DNA of 64,000 nt from Clostridium sp. CAG:343 (lineage in GTDB: Bacteria; Bacillota; Clostridia; TANB77; CAG-508). Shown here piece by piece: positions 35,826-46,782 of this stretch. Every line of letters begins with the position of its first letter. The stretch's first letter is position 1. Made by a program: the position numbers and the translations under genes. A model generated the notes under the pieces. The model was given only the letters and a program-made list of their open reading frames with translations. It was not told where the DNA came from and made no database searches. The DNA lies in contig FR888021.1 of NCBI GenBank assembly GCA_000431335.1, positions 690 to 64,689 of the forward strand. The letters are read 5' to 3'.

Positions 35826-37559
35826 TTATTTTAGTTCATTTTTCAGCATTGACCATACAGCATCATCTTCCATGTCTTTTTGCCATGAACCTACACCTGC
35901 CAAATTTTTTTCTTTTATTAAAGATACCTTTTCTTTTAGAGATTGTATATCTTCAATCCAAATTTCTTTTTTATTATCGCCATCTTTATATTCTGCATAG
36001 TTTTGTTTTAAGTCATTATCCCATTTTTTCTCAACATCATTTGGTAATACTTTTTCAATATCTTTCATAGCCACAGTATTTCTACTTATTATTTTTCCTC
36101 CTGAATTAGTTGTCCAAACTCTTGTATAAAATGGAACTGCTAATATTATCTTTTCTGACTTGATTTCTTCTGTTTTTAGAAATTTTTCTAAATTTAATTT
36201 TACCCAATCATATCCAGCAGTTGTTCCTGGTTTTGTACTAGATGTACCATATTCGTCATAAGCCATAAACACAATGTAATCTGCTACATTACCTATTACA
36301 TTTCTATCAAAGCATAATGACCAAGTTTCTCCTCCATCCGGTGCTGTTACATCTACAGAAGTTACAAGTCCTATTTCTTTTAAACGTGGTGTTAACTCTA
36401 TAATAAATCTTGAATACATATCTTTGTCGTCTTCTCTCATATTTTCAAAATCTATGTTAACCCCATCTAAATTATATTTTACACATTTATTAACAATACT
36501 TTCAATTAACTTTTGCCTTGATTCGTAACTATTCATAATTTTAGAAGTAATTGATAGACTACTTTTTGCCGCTTCTGCATTTGATATCATTGGCCATACT
36601 TTATAACCATTTTCATGTGCCCAGTTAATATAATTTTCGCCTTTAGTTCCTACATTTTCTGTTAAATTCCCATTTTTATCAATATAGAAAAATGCTGGTG
36701 AAACAACATTAACACCATCTATTGTTGTTCCAGTTCTGTCTGGTGCTGAACCATATTCAGAAAAATAATCCCAAGTTAAATTAACTTTTCCATTTATTTG
36801 TTTTTCTTCTTCCATAGATTCTCTAACTATAAATTCATTCTCTAGTTGATTTGATTTTATATAACCTATTTTCCCATTTTCCGTTCTAATTTTAGTGTAT
36901 CCATTATTTGAAGCTATGACAACAACACACTCTCCCCTTTTTATTCTATCTACTGTTTTTGAAATAAAATTGGTTGAAGATTTAACTGAAGTATCAGATG
37001 TTACAATTGCTTTTTTCTGTTCTTTTTCTAATGAATCCATTGTTATTACTTTAGTTTTTTCAATATTAGAAATTTCTATATCATATACATCTTTCATTTC
37101 AGAAATTGGCAAATATACTATTCCATCTCTTTTTATTGCATGTGCATAAATATTTTTGTCTGATCCATTAATAGTGATTTTATTATCTTCAAACCCTATA
37201 GCTGCAATCTTTTTCTCATAAGTTGTTATTATTTGATTAGTTTCTTTTTCTTCATAAATATATTTATCAAAGAAATTTGCAATATCTGATTCTGATAAAT
37301 ATATAATATTATCTTCTATTAAAATCTGCTGTTTTAAGTTAGATGTTACATTTTTATTATTGATAACTAAATTTGTTGTTTTGTTATTATCAAAAACAAC
37401 AAACTCATTAACCAACAATCCTATTACAAAAATAACAATTATAATAGCAATTATTATTAATGCTTTTGAAATGGCTTTTTTGCTTTTTTTATTTTTTCCT
37501 CCTGAAGCTGTTCCTTTAATTGTTGTTTCATTTTTTAACTCTCTTTTTCCTCTTCTCAT
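35826..37559 (-). CDS. Glycoside hydrolase family 18 protein with N-terminal anchor and SH3-like domain (spore-cortex/peptidoglycan hydrolase type)
   Basis: 577 aa. TM anchor, SH3-like ..GYTKIRTENGKIGYIKSNQL.., GH18 catalytic ..LDGVNIDFENM.. Confidence 0.7.
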   Translation of the reverse strand: MRRGKRELKNETTIKGTASGGKNKKSKKAISKALIIIAIIIVIFVIGLLVNEFVVFDNNKTTNLVINNKNVTSNLKQQILIEDNIIYLSESDIANFFDKYIYEEKETNQIITTYEKKIAAIGFEDNKITINGSDKNIYAHAIKRDGIVYLPISEMKDVYDIEISNIEKTKVITMDSLEKEQKKAIVTSDTSVKSSTNFISKTVDRIKRGECVVVIASNNGYTKIRTENGKIGYIKSNQLENEFIVRESMEEEKQINGKVNLTWDYFSEYGSAPDRTGTTIDGVNVVSPAFFYIDKNGNLTENVGTKGENYINWAHENGYKVWPMISNAEAAKSSLSITSKIMNSYESRQKLIESIVNKCVKYNLDGVNIDFENMREDDKDMYSRFIIELTPRLKEIGLVTSVDVTAPDGGETWSLCFDRNVIGNVADYIVFMAYDEYGTSSTKPGTTAGYDWVKLNLEKFLKTEEIKSEKIILAVPFYTRVWTTNSGGKIISRNTVAMKDIEKVLPNDVEKKWDNDLKQNYAEYKDGDNKKEIWIEDIQSLKEKVSLIKEKNLAGVGSWQKDMEDDAVWSMLKNELK

Positions 37560-37688
37560 GTTTTTTCTACTCCTCTTTTTCTTTTTTATTAATATATCAT
37601 AAATTATTATATATTAAAATAACTTTTTAATATATAAAATAAACAGATATGAATATTATAACATATCTGTTTATTCTTGTGTCAATAA

Positions 37689-39758
37689 TTATTTTAAAAT
37701 TCTGATAGTATTAAATATAGTTATTAAAGTTGTCCCTACATCAGCAAAAACTGCTTCCCACATATCGGCTATTCCTAATATGCTAAGAAGTAATATTAAT
37801 ATTTTTACTCCAATTGAAAATATTAAATTTTCTTTTATTATTCTGTTAGTTTTCTTAGAAATTTGTATTGCTTCTATAATTTTCTTTAATTCATCTGTCA
37901 TAATAACCATATCAGATGCTTCAATTGCTGAATTTGATCCAATACCTCCCATTGATATACCAATATCAGCTCTAGCTAAAACAGGACTATCATTAATTCC
38001 ATCTCCTACATATGCAACTTTTTTTTCTGTAATATTATTATCTAATACTTTTTCTAATTCATTATATTTATCCTGTGGTAGCATTTCTGACTTTACTTCA
38101 TCAATGTTTACTTCTTTTGCTATTCGAGTTGCAACCTCTTTTTTATCTCCTGTAAGCATCTTTGTCTTTATTCCTAATTCTTTTAACTGTTTAATTGTTT
38201 CTTTAGCATCTGACTTTATTTCATCTGTTAATACAATGCCCCCAGTTATTTCATCTTCTATTTTCAAATAAAGAATTGTTCCTTTTTCATCTATTTTTTC
38301 TTTGCTGTCTACAAATTCTGCATTTCCTATTTTTATTTTCATATTGTTATAAGTATATTTTAATCCTTTACCTGATATTTCTTCAAAGTCTTTAACCTTA
38401 GTTGTATCAATTTCATCATTTACCATTTCTAAAATTGATTTAGCTAATGGATGATTCGAAAAACTTTCTCCCATAGCAAAATAATTTAATATTTCGTTTT
38501 CTGAATATTTTCCATTATATGTCTTGATTTTACTAACTTTAAACTTTCCTGTAGTTATTGTTCCTGTCTTATCAAATAATATTTGTCCTATATCTTTAAT
38601 TCCATCTAGATAATCACTACCTTTTATTAAAATTCCTTTTTTAGAAGCTTTACCTATTCCACTAAAATAACTAAGAGGTACTGATATTGCAATTGAACAT
38701 GGGCAAGATATAACTAAAAATATTAAAGCTTTATAAATACTGTCATAATAAGTAGAGCCTTTTATTAAAATTGGCATAAATATTGCTACTAGCAGTGCCA
38801 ATCCTAATACAATCGGTGTATAAATTTTTGCTGCTTTTGCAACAAATGTTTCTGTTTTTGCTTTTTTATCAGTTGCATTTTCTACTAAATTTAAAATTTG
38901 ACTAACTGTACTGTTTTCATAATTTTTTTCTACTTTAATTTCTAATATTCCTTGAACATTAATAGCTCCAGATAATACTTTAGATTTTTCTTTTACCTTT
39001 ACAAAAGCACTTTCTCCCGTTAATGCAGAATTATCTAATTCTGCTTCGCCTTTTAATACTATTCCATCCAAAGGAATTTTTTCTCCTGTTTTTACTAAAA
39101 TTATATCTCCAACATTTACCTCTTCAGGATTTACTTGTTGATATTCTTCTCCATTTTTTAAATTTGCATATTCTGGTTTTATATTCATTAAATCTGAAAT
39201 TGATTTACGTGTTTTGCTTATAGCTTTTGATTCTAATATTTTTCCTATTTCATATAAAGTTATAACCATTACACCTTCCATTACTTTGTTTACTAAACAT
39301 GCTCCTATAACAGAAATGGTAATTAATGCATTTTCATCTAATACTCCTTTTCGTATTTGCATAAATGCCTTTTTTATTGTTCTACTTAATAATATTATTA
39401 TTGATACTATAATAAGTACTATTTGTATATTAGTATTAAAATTTAATTTGGTTCCTAAAAAATATATTAGTATTCCTATTATAATTCTTGCTATATGGAA
39501 ACTTTCTTTACTGTCCTTTTTTTTATTGCTTTCTTCCATATCTACTACATTAACATCTGGTTCTAATGCCTTAACAATTTCTATTATCTCTTTTTTTGGA
39601 TTATTTTTATTTGTTTTAAATGATAATTTTAAAGTTGAAAAATTTACTGTAACATCTTCATAGCCATCTGTACTTGCTATTTTATCTTCTACTTTTTTCG
39701 CACAACTAGCACAATCTAGTCCTTCTAAAATATATTTATAATTCTTCAATATGTTCAC
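37689..39758 (-). CDS. Heavy-metal (Cd/Zn/Co-type) translocating P1B-type ATPase
   Basis: N-terminal HMA domain with CASC. TM CPC motif (VISCPCSIAISVP). DKTGTIT phosphorylation site. GDGINDSP hinge. Confidence 0.9.
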   Translation of the reverse strand: MNILKNYKYILEGLDCASCAKKVEDKIASTDGYEDVTVNFSTLKLSFKTNKNNPKKEIIEIVKALEPDVNVVDMEESNKKKDSKESFHIARIIIGILIYFLGTKLNFNTNIQIVLIIVSIIILLSRTIKKAFMQIRKGVLDENALITISVIGACLVNKVMEGVMVITLYEIGKILESKAISKTRKSISDLMNIKPEYANLKNGEEYQQVNPEEVNVGDIILVKTGEKIPLDGIVLKGEAELDNSALTGESAFVKVKEKSKVLSGAINVQGILEIKVEKNYENSTVSQILNLVENATDKKAKTETFVAKAAKIYTPIVLGLALLVAIFMPILIKGSTYYDSIYKALIFLVISCPCSIAISVPLSYFSGIGKASKKGILIKGSDYLDGIKDIGQILFDKTGTITTGKFKVSKIKTYNGKYSENEILNYFAMGESFSNHPLAKSILEMVNDEIDTTKVKDFEEISGKGLKYTYNNMKIKIGNAEFVDSKEKIDEKGTILYLKIEDEITGGIVLTDEIKSDAKETIKQLKELGIKTKMLTGDKKEVATRIAKEVNIDEVKSEMLPQDKYNELEKVLDNNITEKKVAYVGDGINDSPVLARADIGISMGGIGSNSAIEASDMVIMTDELKKIIEAIQISKKTNRIIKENLIFSIGVKILILLLSILGIADMWEAVFADVGTTLITIFNTIRILK

Positions 39759-40089
39759 GCCCTTTCTTTACAATTTGTGATATATGCTCATCATCTAGGC
39801 TATAATAAACTACTTTTCCTTCTTTTCGATATTTTACTAATTTAGATTGCTTTAAAATTCTTAATTGGTGTGATATTGCAGATTGAGTAGTTTGAACTAT
39901 ATTGGCTATATCACATACACATAGTTCTTCTTCCATAAGAGCATATATTATCTTCATTCTTGTTGAATCAGCAAAAACCTTAAAAAGTTCTGCTATGTCA
40001 TATATTAACCCGTCTTCTGGCATTTTTTCTTTTACATTTTTTACTGTATCTTCATGAATTACAGTATTTTCGCAAATTCCTTCTTCCAT
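39736..40089 (-). CDS. ArsR/SmtB-family metalloregulator (CadC-like)
   Basis: ..FKVFADSTRMKIIYALMEEELCVCDIANIVQTTQSAISHQLRILK... Overlaps the ATPase start. Inverted repeat CATATGA-N7-TCATATG sits just upstream (about 40123-40145). Confidence 0.85.
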   Translation of the reverse strand: MEEGICENTVIHEDTVKNVKEKMPEDGLIYDIAELFKVFADSTRMKIIYALMEEELCVCDIANIVQTTQSAISHQLRILKQSKLVKYRKEGKVVYYSLDDEHISQIVKKGREHIEEL

Positions 40090-40241
40090 AAATTCCTCCT
40101 TCTTTTGTATATTGTTTTTATATATGAGCAACTATTCATATGTTTATTGTATGTCTATTTTTTTTATTTGTCAACACTATTGATAAAAAAATACCATCTC
40201 ATCTTAAAATATTAAGAATGAGACAGTATTTTATCAAATAC

Positions 40242-41096
40242 TTAAATTTTATCACCTGTAATCTTTTGATAGATTTCCTTATACACTTTTGACAATTGAA
40301 TTGTCATTTCTTTGCTTATAATTGGCATTGGTGCATGCTGGTTCCATCCCAGTTTTGTTAACTCTTCAATCAGTAGTTGTTTATCATACGTGGTTTGAGG
40401 CCTTCCAATTTTATAATTTTCTTCCAGCCAAAATCTACTTGTATCAGGTGTCACCACCTGATCTACGAGAACCAAATTTTCATTTTTATTAATGCCGAAC
40501 TTAAATTTTGTATCGGCTATAATGATACCCTTTGTCATAGCATATTCGCTACACATATTATATAGCTCAATGCTCTTTTCCTGTATTTTTCGAGTTAACT
40601 CAAATCCTATTCTTTCTACACTTTGGTCTATGTTAATCCTTTTTCCTCTGTACATAGTTCCTCGTGTTGTAGGAGTATACCAGGGACAAGAAAGCTTTTC
40701 GGCCTCCTTAAGGTCTCTTATTTCAGGAATATTCAGCTTATTCTGCCAAATATATCCGGTTGCATATCCTCGTACACAACCGCCCACAGGCAAAGTTTGA
40801 ATACCTCTTTCAACAAGCATAGTACGACCTTCGTACTCTTTTGTCTGGAATTCTTCAGGCATATCTGCATTGTTGATAGAAATCATGGGATTATTAATAC
40901 ATCCTTTTGTATAATTGTACCAAAATGCTGTCAGCTTATTTGAAACCTTTCCCTTGTCTGGAATGGTTTCTGAAAACACTATATTCGACGTGGCGATTTT
41001 GTCAAAATATACATATATAGCTTTATCACCTAAATCATAGATATCCCGGATTTTTCCATCTTTTACTTTTTTCATTTCATTTTTCATTTCGTTCAC
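40242..41096 (-). CDS. purC: Phosphoribosylaminoimidazole-succinocarboxamide (SAICAR) synthase, long form
   Basis: ..GKIRDIYDLGD.., ..DKGKVSNKLTAFWY.., ..IIADTKFKFG.., ..VVTPDTSRFW... Visibly GC-richer than its neighbours, with several long antisense ORFs. Not next to other pur genes. Confidence 0.8.
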   Translation of the reverse strand: MNEMKNEMKKVKDGKIRDIYDLGDKAIYVYFDKIATSNIVFSETIPDKGKVSNKLTAFWYNYTKGCINNPMISINNADMPEEFQTKEYEGRTMLVERGIQTLPVGGCVRGYATGYIWQNKLNIPEIRDLKEAEKLSCPWYTPTTRGTMYRGKRINIDQSVERIGFELTRKIQEKSIELYNMCSEYAMTKGIIIADTKFKFGINKNENLVLVDQVVTPDTSRFWLEENYKIGRPQTTYDKQLLIEELTKLGWNQHAPMPIISKEMTIQLSKVYKEIYQKITGDKI

Positions 41097-41270
41097 CTTT
41101 CATTTTAAGTATTTGATAGATTCCTTAATTTTAGAATCTTCTCCTCTGTAACATACAAAGTAATATTTATTTTAACACATTTCCTATAAAATGTAAATAA
41201 TTTTATAGGTATTTTTATGTTACCTATTTATATCAAAAAAATATAAACAAGAGGTGCTTCCTCTTGTTTA

Positions 41271-41867
41271 TTAATTTTCACTGCAATTACTTGTATAGAA
41301 TTTTCTTCCTGCTAGCTTATCCTGAACTCCTCTTAATGCTTCTCCGAATCTTTGGAAATGAACAACTTCTCTTTGTCTTAAATAACGAAGCGGATCTAAA
41401 ACATCTGGATTATCTCTACATAAGTCTATCAATTTTTCATAAGTTGCTCTAGCTTTTTGCTCTGCTGCTAAATCTTCTTGTAAGTTTGCTATCGGATCAC
41501 CTTTACATGCTAAACATGTTGCATCAAATGGCACTCCTGCTGCTGATTGTGGATAAATATCTACCCCATGGTCTGTATAATATGGTGCTAATCCTGCTTT
41601 TTCAATTTCTTCTATTGATGCACCATCTGTTAATTGGTGTACAATTGTTCCTACCATTTCTAAATGTGCCAATTCTTCTGTACCAATATCATTTAAAATT
41701 GCTTTAGCTTTTTGATCTGGCATACCAAATCTTTGTGATAAGTATCTTAAAGAAGCAGCAAGTTCACCATCTGGTCCACCATATTGAGATATAATTACTT
41801 TTGCCAATCTAGGATCTGGACATTTTATATTAATCGGATATTGTAATGTTTTGTTATAAGTCCACAT
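41271..41867 (-). CDS. cotJC: Spore coat protein CotJC (manganese-catalase family)
   Basis: MWTYNKTLQYPINIKCPDPRLAKVIISQYGGPDGELAASLRYLSQRF... TAATG overlap with cotJB. Confidence 0.9.
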   Translation of the reverse strand: MWTYNKTLQYPINIKCPDPRLAKVIISQYGGPDGELAASLRYLSQRFGMPDQKAKAILNDIGTEELAHLEMVGTIVHQLTDGASIEEIEKAGLAPYYTDHGVDIYPQSAAGVPFDATCLACKGDPIANLQEDLAAEQKARATYEKLIDLCRDNPDVLDPLRYLRQREVVHFQRFGEALRGVQDKLAGRKFYTSNCSEN

Positions 41868-42187
41868 TAATAATTCCCCCTTTCCCAAGGCCAAGGTTCT
41901 TCTAACCATCTCCATTTATTGCAAGGGTAATTAATGGTTAGAGGTCCATAGACTTTCTGATATTTATCTTTTAATTCTTTTACTTGTTTACAATATTTTC
42001 TGTGTAAACAAAGTGCCTTTTGATCATCTGGATGAGTATCTAAATACAATGCAAGTTCAGTAATTGCAAATTCACAACATCTAATTTCTTGTATCATTTC
42101 TCTTCTTAAATCACAATCTACTGTATTTTCTTTTTCACATTCACAATTACAATTACAACTGTAATTTCTATTTTCTTCTATTGACAT
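41867..42187 (-). CDS. cotJB: Spore coat protein CotJB
   Basis: ..EIRCCEFAITELALYLDTHPDDQKAL..KYQKVYGPL.. is the CotJB signature. Confidence 0.85.
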   Translation of the reverse strand: MSIEENRNYSCNCNCECEKENTVDCDLRREMIQEIRCCEFAITELALYLDTHPDDQKALCLHRKYCKQVKELKDKYQKVYGPLTINYPCNKWRWLEEPWPWERGNY

Positions 42188-42540
42188 TTATTACACCCCT
42201 TCCCAATCTCATTTGATTCCCTTATGAAATTTATTTCTTCCATTGATTGACAAGGTACATAAGGGCTAACTAACTCTGGAAATATAGTTCCCATTTTTAA
42301 TCCAACACATGGTTTAAAAGTTTTATCCATATATTGGAACGGTACATAACTTTGTGCTAGCATTGGATTTTCAGGAAAAACATTATATTCTTCATCAAAT
42401 CCACAACTGCATCCATCGTTATATTCTTCATAAGAAACAACATTATCACATTGATTTTCAATGATATCTTGTTGCATTTCGCATGAATCATTCTTATAAC
42501 TATTATTCATACAATAACATTTTCTATAATTTCTAAACAT
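42178..42540 (-). CDS. cotJA: Spore coat-associated protein CotJA
   Basis: ..LAQSYVPFQYMDKTFKPCVGLKMGTIFPELVSPY... ATG at 42540 is preceded by AAGGAGGAAG. Confidence 0.8.
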   Translation of the reverse strand: MFRNYRKCYCMNNSYKNDSCEMQQDIIENQCDNVVSYEEYNDGCSCGFDEEYNVFPENPMLAQSYVPFQYMDKTFKPCVGLKMGTIFPELVSPYVPCQSMEEINFIRESNEIGKGCNKCQ

Positions 42541-42670
42541 TTTTCTTCCTCCTTTTAATGTTATTATATGTCTCTTTTTGGTATATGACACAAAAATAAA
42601 CTCTCCTTGTTAAACTTTTTTGTCTAACAAGAAGAGTTTGTTTAAAACCTATATTTTACTTTTCGACTAT

Positions 42671-43204
42671 TTATTCTAAGTAATCATCTACTTTTTTTAT
42701 AAAAATTATATTTTCAATAATATCAACTATTCCATATACTACAATTGCAACTCCAACAGTTTGTAATATTGCACCACTATTTACTAATATATAAATTCCA
42801 GCTATAATCATAGCAATAGCTAAAATTAAAGTTAACAACCATAATCTTGATTTGTAATCTTTCCATACAATAGTAGTTTGCAGATTTATAATTCCACTAT
42901 ATATAATCCAAATAGCAATTAATATTCTAAATGCTGATAAAATTATATCTGAACAGAACATTATTACAATTCCTATAACTATTGATGCAAGTGCCATTGC
43001 GATTAAATAATTGTCCTCTTTATTGCTCGCAAAATAGTCAACTGTTCTTAGAACTCCTATTACTATAAATATTACTCCTAATAGTATAGCTACTATTGAC
43101 ATAATTGATTCTGGTCTAGCAATTAACATTGCTCCAAATAAAATAAATATAAGTGATATTACAATGTCTGTCCATCCTGATCTTTTTAAAAAATTTTTCC
43201 ACAT
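42671..43204 (-). CDS. HdeD-family (DUF308) membrane protein
   Basis: 177 aa with six TM segments in the repeated DUF308 pattern (..GILRTVDYF.. type). Confidence 0.6.
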   Translation of the reverse strand: MWKNFLKRSGWTDIVISLIFILFGAMLIARPESIMSIVAILLGVIFIVIGVLRTVDYFASNKEDNYLIAMALASIVIGIVIMFCSDIILSAFRILIAIWIIYSGIINLQTTIVWKDYKSRLWLLTLILAIAMIIAGIYILVNSGAILQTVGVAIVVYGIVDIIENIIFIKKVDDYLE

Positions 43205-43419
43205 AATATTACCTTCTTTTCTATTATATTTTATTTATAATATATCATATTTTAACATATTTGTATATAAATTTCTTATTTTTTCATTCCTCTTTTTAAG
43301 ATTTCTAATTCTCTTTTTAAATCTTCTGTTCCTTGGTCTTTTGTTTCCTTTTTTGATATTACTTCAATAGCTTGAGTTCTTGTCATTATAGTTATAATTT
43401 TCATAATGTAATATAAGTC

Positions 43420-43764
43420 TTATTCATTATCTAAATTTAATGTTTCTTTGTTTATTAAATTATTAAGTTGGCTTTTATTGCCCAATTTATTATTTTTATC
43501 AAAAATGCTAAAATTTTCTTTCTTTAATTCTTGTAAAATATTTCTAACTAGTTTAAAACTGTTATCTTTCAATAATTCTTCTACCATATAGTCATACATC
43601 TTTATAGCTGATTCAAAAATATCTCCATTTGTATCAATTAATATTTTACCTATTAGTTCTTCTTCTGCTAAAATAAATTTTTGTATAATATACTTAATGG
43701 TATCTTCTTTATCTTCAAAATATTGATAAAAACTTCCTCTAGGTATTTGTGCATTTGCTATAGT
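43420..43764 (-). pseudogene. 5'-truncated TetR-family regulator remnant
   Basis: The minus frame opens after a TAA and reads ..IANAQIPRGSFYQYFEDKEDTIKYI.. (end of a TetR HTH) and runs to TAA at 43420-43422. No start codon and no first HTH helices. Confidence 0.6.
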
Positions 43765-43896
43765 TTATAATATTAATAACCTTTTGTCAAGTGTTATTGA
43801 TATAACTAAGTCCTAGCCTTTAATACAAAATAAGCCAAAATTATTAAACCTATTTGTTAATAATTTTGGCTTATTTCAATTTTCATGTACTTTTAC

Positions 43897-44088
43897 TTAC
43901 GCATTTTCTGTTTCTTTTTTAGCTACTACTTCTTTTCCATCATAATATCCACAGTTTTTGCAAACTCTATGTGGCATTACTGGTTCATGGCAATGTGGGC
44001 AGCTTGAAAATGTTGGATTTTCTTTTTTCCATGTTGATCTTTTTGAATGTGTTCTTGCTTTTGACCATCTTCTTTTTGGTTGTGCCAT
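43897..44088 (-). CDS. rpmF: 50S ribosomal protein L32 (zinc-ribbon form)
   Basis: MAQPKRRWSKARTHSKRS.. with CPHC..CKNC. Confidence 0.9.
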   Translation of the reverse strand: MAQPKRRWSKARTHSKRSTWKKENPTFSSCPHCHEPVMPHRVCKNCGYYDGKEVVAKKETENA

Positions 44089-44220
44089 TCTAATTCCCCC
44101 CTTGCTTAAAGATATATGTATATATCTGTTTCAATTTTATCTAATTTATTTGTGACTTTTTTCAAGTCACTATAAAATTATACAAGTAATTTCTTTTTTT
44201 GTCAATAGTTGCTACAATGT

Positions 44221-44761
44221 TTATTTGCAATATTTTTTATAAATTTCTTTTATATTTTGTTTTGTTAGTGTTTTATCAATGCCATTTTTAGCAACTCCGT
44301 GTTAATACTTCTGTAACAAATTTTTCTGTCTTAGGATTTATTTTCATTTTTTCCTTTTCTTTTAGCCAATACTCTAATTCATATTCTTTAGTAAAATTTT
44401 TTCCTTGATACACCATTCCAGCTGCTAATTTATCACACACCATCTCTGCGGCATATTTATACGGTATAATTGGCATTTTATCTGGTGCATTTTCATCTAT
44501 CCAATATTCGCTATGATGTTTATTCCTTCCCTTATGATGTAGCCAAGCCTTAGAATATCCATTTTCTCTTTTAGCTTCACTAATAGGAGAATGTTTTCCA
44601 GTGTAATATTTACTACTTTCTATAAATTCTGTTGGAGAATATTTTGACATATCATGTACTAACCCTCTCCATGGTTCTCCAATTTTACAACACAATTTAA
44701 ATACTACCCATTTATGGTGTGTAATTAATCCAAAATGTTTTATTACATTTTTCAAGTACAT
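44221..44761 (-). CDS. DUF5662-like conserved hypothetical, 3' end reached only by a +1 shift at in-frame CGG
   Basis: ORF 44288-44818, with the likely start at MYLKNV (44761). The 0 frame ends ..VLTRSC*. Skipping the C of CGG (44299-44297) opens 26 further codons, GVAKNGIDKTLTKQNIKEIYKKYCK*, to 44221. Confidence 0.45.
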
Positions 44762-44879
44762 TTCTATCTTCCTTTCTTTACACATTAATAGTTTACTACA
44801 ATCATTTTTTGAAATCAATAAATTTTATTTATTTTTTTGCATATAATATAAAGAAAAGAAATATAATGGAGGTATGAAT

Positions 44880-46728
44880 ATGTGTGGCTTTGTTGGATTT
44901 GTTGACTTTGAAAAAGATATTTCACAAAACACAAAAATTTTAGAAAACATGAATAATTGTCTTGCTAAAAGAGGACCAGATGAAGAAGGATATTACATAG
45001 ATAAACATGTTGCATTAGCACATAAAAGACTAATTGTTGTTGACCCTAAAGGGCGGAAAGCAACCAATGATTAACACTTTTTCTTTTGGATCTTATATAC
45101 TAGTATATAATGGTCAAATTTACAACACTAAAGAATTATCTGAAACTTTAAAAGAAAACGGTTTTACTTTAAATTCTCATTCAGATACAGAAGTTTTATT
45201 AAAAAGTTATATACACTATGGAAAAAATGTAGTAAATCATTTAAATGGAATATTTGCATTTGCTATATGGGATACTAACAATAATGAAATATTTTTAGCT
45301 CGTGATCACTTTGGTGTGAAACCTTTATTTTATACTAAAATAGATGAAACTTTAGTATTTTCATCCGAAATAAAAGCATTATTTCAATATCCAGGAGTTA
45401 AAAAAGTTTTAAATGAGCAAAGTATATCTGAATTATTTGGTATAGGTCCTGCCCATACTTCAGGTACTACTGTTTTTAAAAATATTTATGAAATAAAACC
45501 TGCTCATTTTGGAATATTCAATAAAAATGGTTTTAATATTAAACGATATTGGAAATTAAAATCAGAAAAACATGTAGATACTTTTGAAGAAACTTGTGAA
45601 AAACTAAAATTTTTACTAAATGATGCTATAACTAGACAATTAGTCTCTGATATGCCTTTATGTACTTTTCTATCAGGTGGATTGGACTCTAGTATTATTA
45701 CAAAATTTGCTTCTGACTATTGTGAAAAACAAGGTTTACCACCTTTAGATACTTACTCTATCGATTATGTGGATAATGATAAAAATTTCGTAAAAAGTGA
45801 TTTTCAACCTAATTCTGATGGTTTTTATATTGATTTAATGAATACTAATCTGCATACAAACCATCATAAAATCGTAATCGATACTCCAGAACTTGCTGAT
45901 GCTTTAGAAGATGCTATGATAGCTCGTGATATGCCAGGTATGGCAGATATCGACTCTTCTCTTTTGTTATTTTGTAAAAATGTAAAGAAACAGATGACAG
46001 TTGCTCTAACTGGCGAATGTGCAGATGAAATATTTGGAGGATATCCATGGTTTTTCCGTGAAGATGCTTTAAAAAGCAATACTTTCCCTTGGTCTATTTC
46101 TCTAACTGAAAGACAAAAACTATTGAATCCATATATAGGTAATAAAATTAATTTGAAAGAATATATTGATTACCGCTATCAAGAAAGTTTATCAGAAGTA
46201 GAAATTTTAGATTCAGATTCTTCCGAAACAGCAGAAAAAAGAAAGATATCTCACCTTACCTTAAATTGGTTTATGCAAACTCTATTGGATCGTTCTGATA
46301 GAATGGCTATGTATAATGGCTTTGAACTTCGTGTTCCTTTTTGTGATTATAGATTAGCTCAATATGTATGGAATATTCCTTGGGAATGGAAAGCTTTAAA
46401 AGGTAGAGAAAAAGGCTTACTTAGATATATTTGCAAAGATTTTCTTCCAGAAGATATTATATATAGGAAAAAATCTCCTTACCCAAAAACACACAATCCT
46501 ACTTATTTAGCTAAGGTAAAACAAATGTTAACAAAAATTATGGAAGATAAGAATGCTCCTATTAATGATTTGCTTAATCATGATTATATATTAGAAATAT
46601 TAAATACAGATGGTAAAGCTTTTTCAAGGCCTTGGTTTGGGCAACTTATGGTCGGCCCTCAACTTATGGCTTATCTTTGCCAGGTTAATATGTGGCTTGA
46701 GAAATATCAGCCAAAAATTGAACTTTAG
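44880..46728 (+). CDS. asnB: Asparagine synthase (glutamine-hydrolysing), interrupted by a +1 frameshift at in-frame CGG
   Basis: MCGFVGF.. Ntn nucleophile. ..RLIVVDPKG / GKQPM.. is split at CGG 45054-45056. Downstream ..LSGGLDSS.. PP-loop. Confidence 0.85.
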
Positions 46729-46782
46729 TAAATTACTTTGAGGTCACTATTGTGACCTCTTTTTTAAATTCCTTGTATTCTC

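Noticed and set aside
37780-39663. Plus-strand ORFs of 163, 66 and 149 aa
   Set aside because: They are antisense to the well-supported P-type ATPase gene and have Ser/Ile/Phe-rich shadow-frame composition.
40377-40943. Three overlapping plus-strand ORFs (62, 102 and 106 aa)
   Set aside because: They are antisense shadows inside the GC-richer purC-like gene. The minus-strand product has clear SAICAR synthase motifs.
43276-43404. 42 aa minus-strand mini-ORF (MKIITIMTRTQAIEVISKKETKDQGTEDLKRELEILKRGMKK) after the TetR remnant
   Set aside because: There is no clear RBS and no recognisable family. It cannot be supported from sequence alone.
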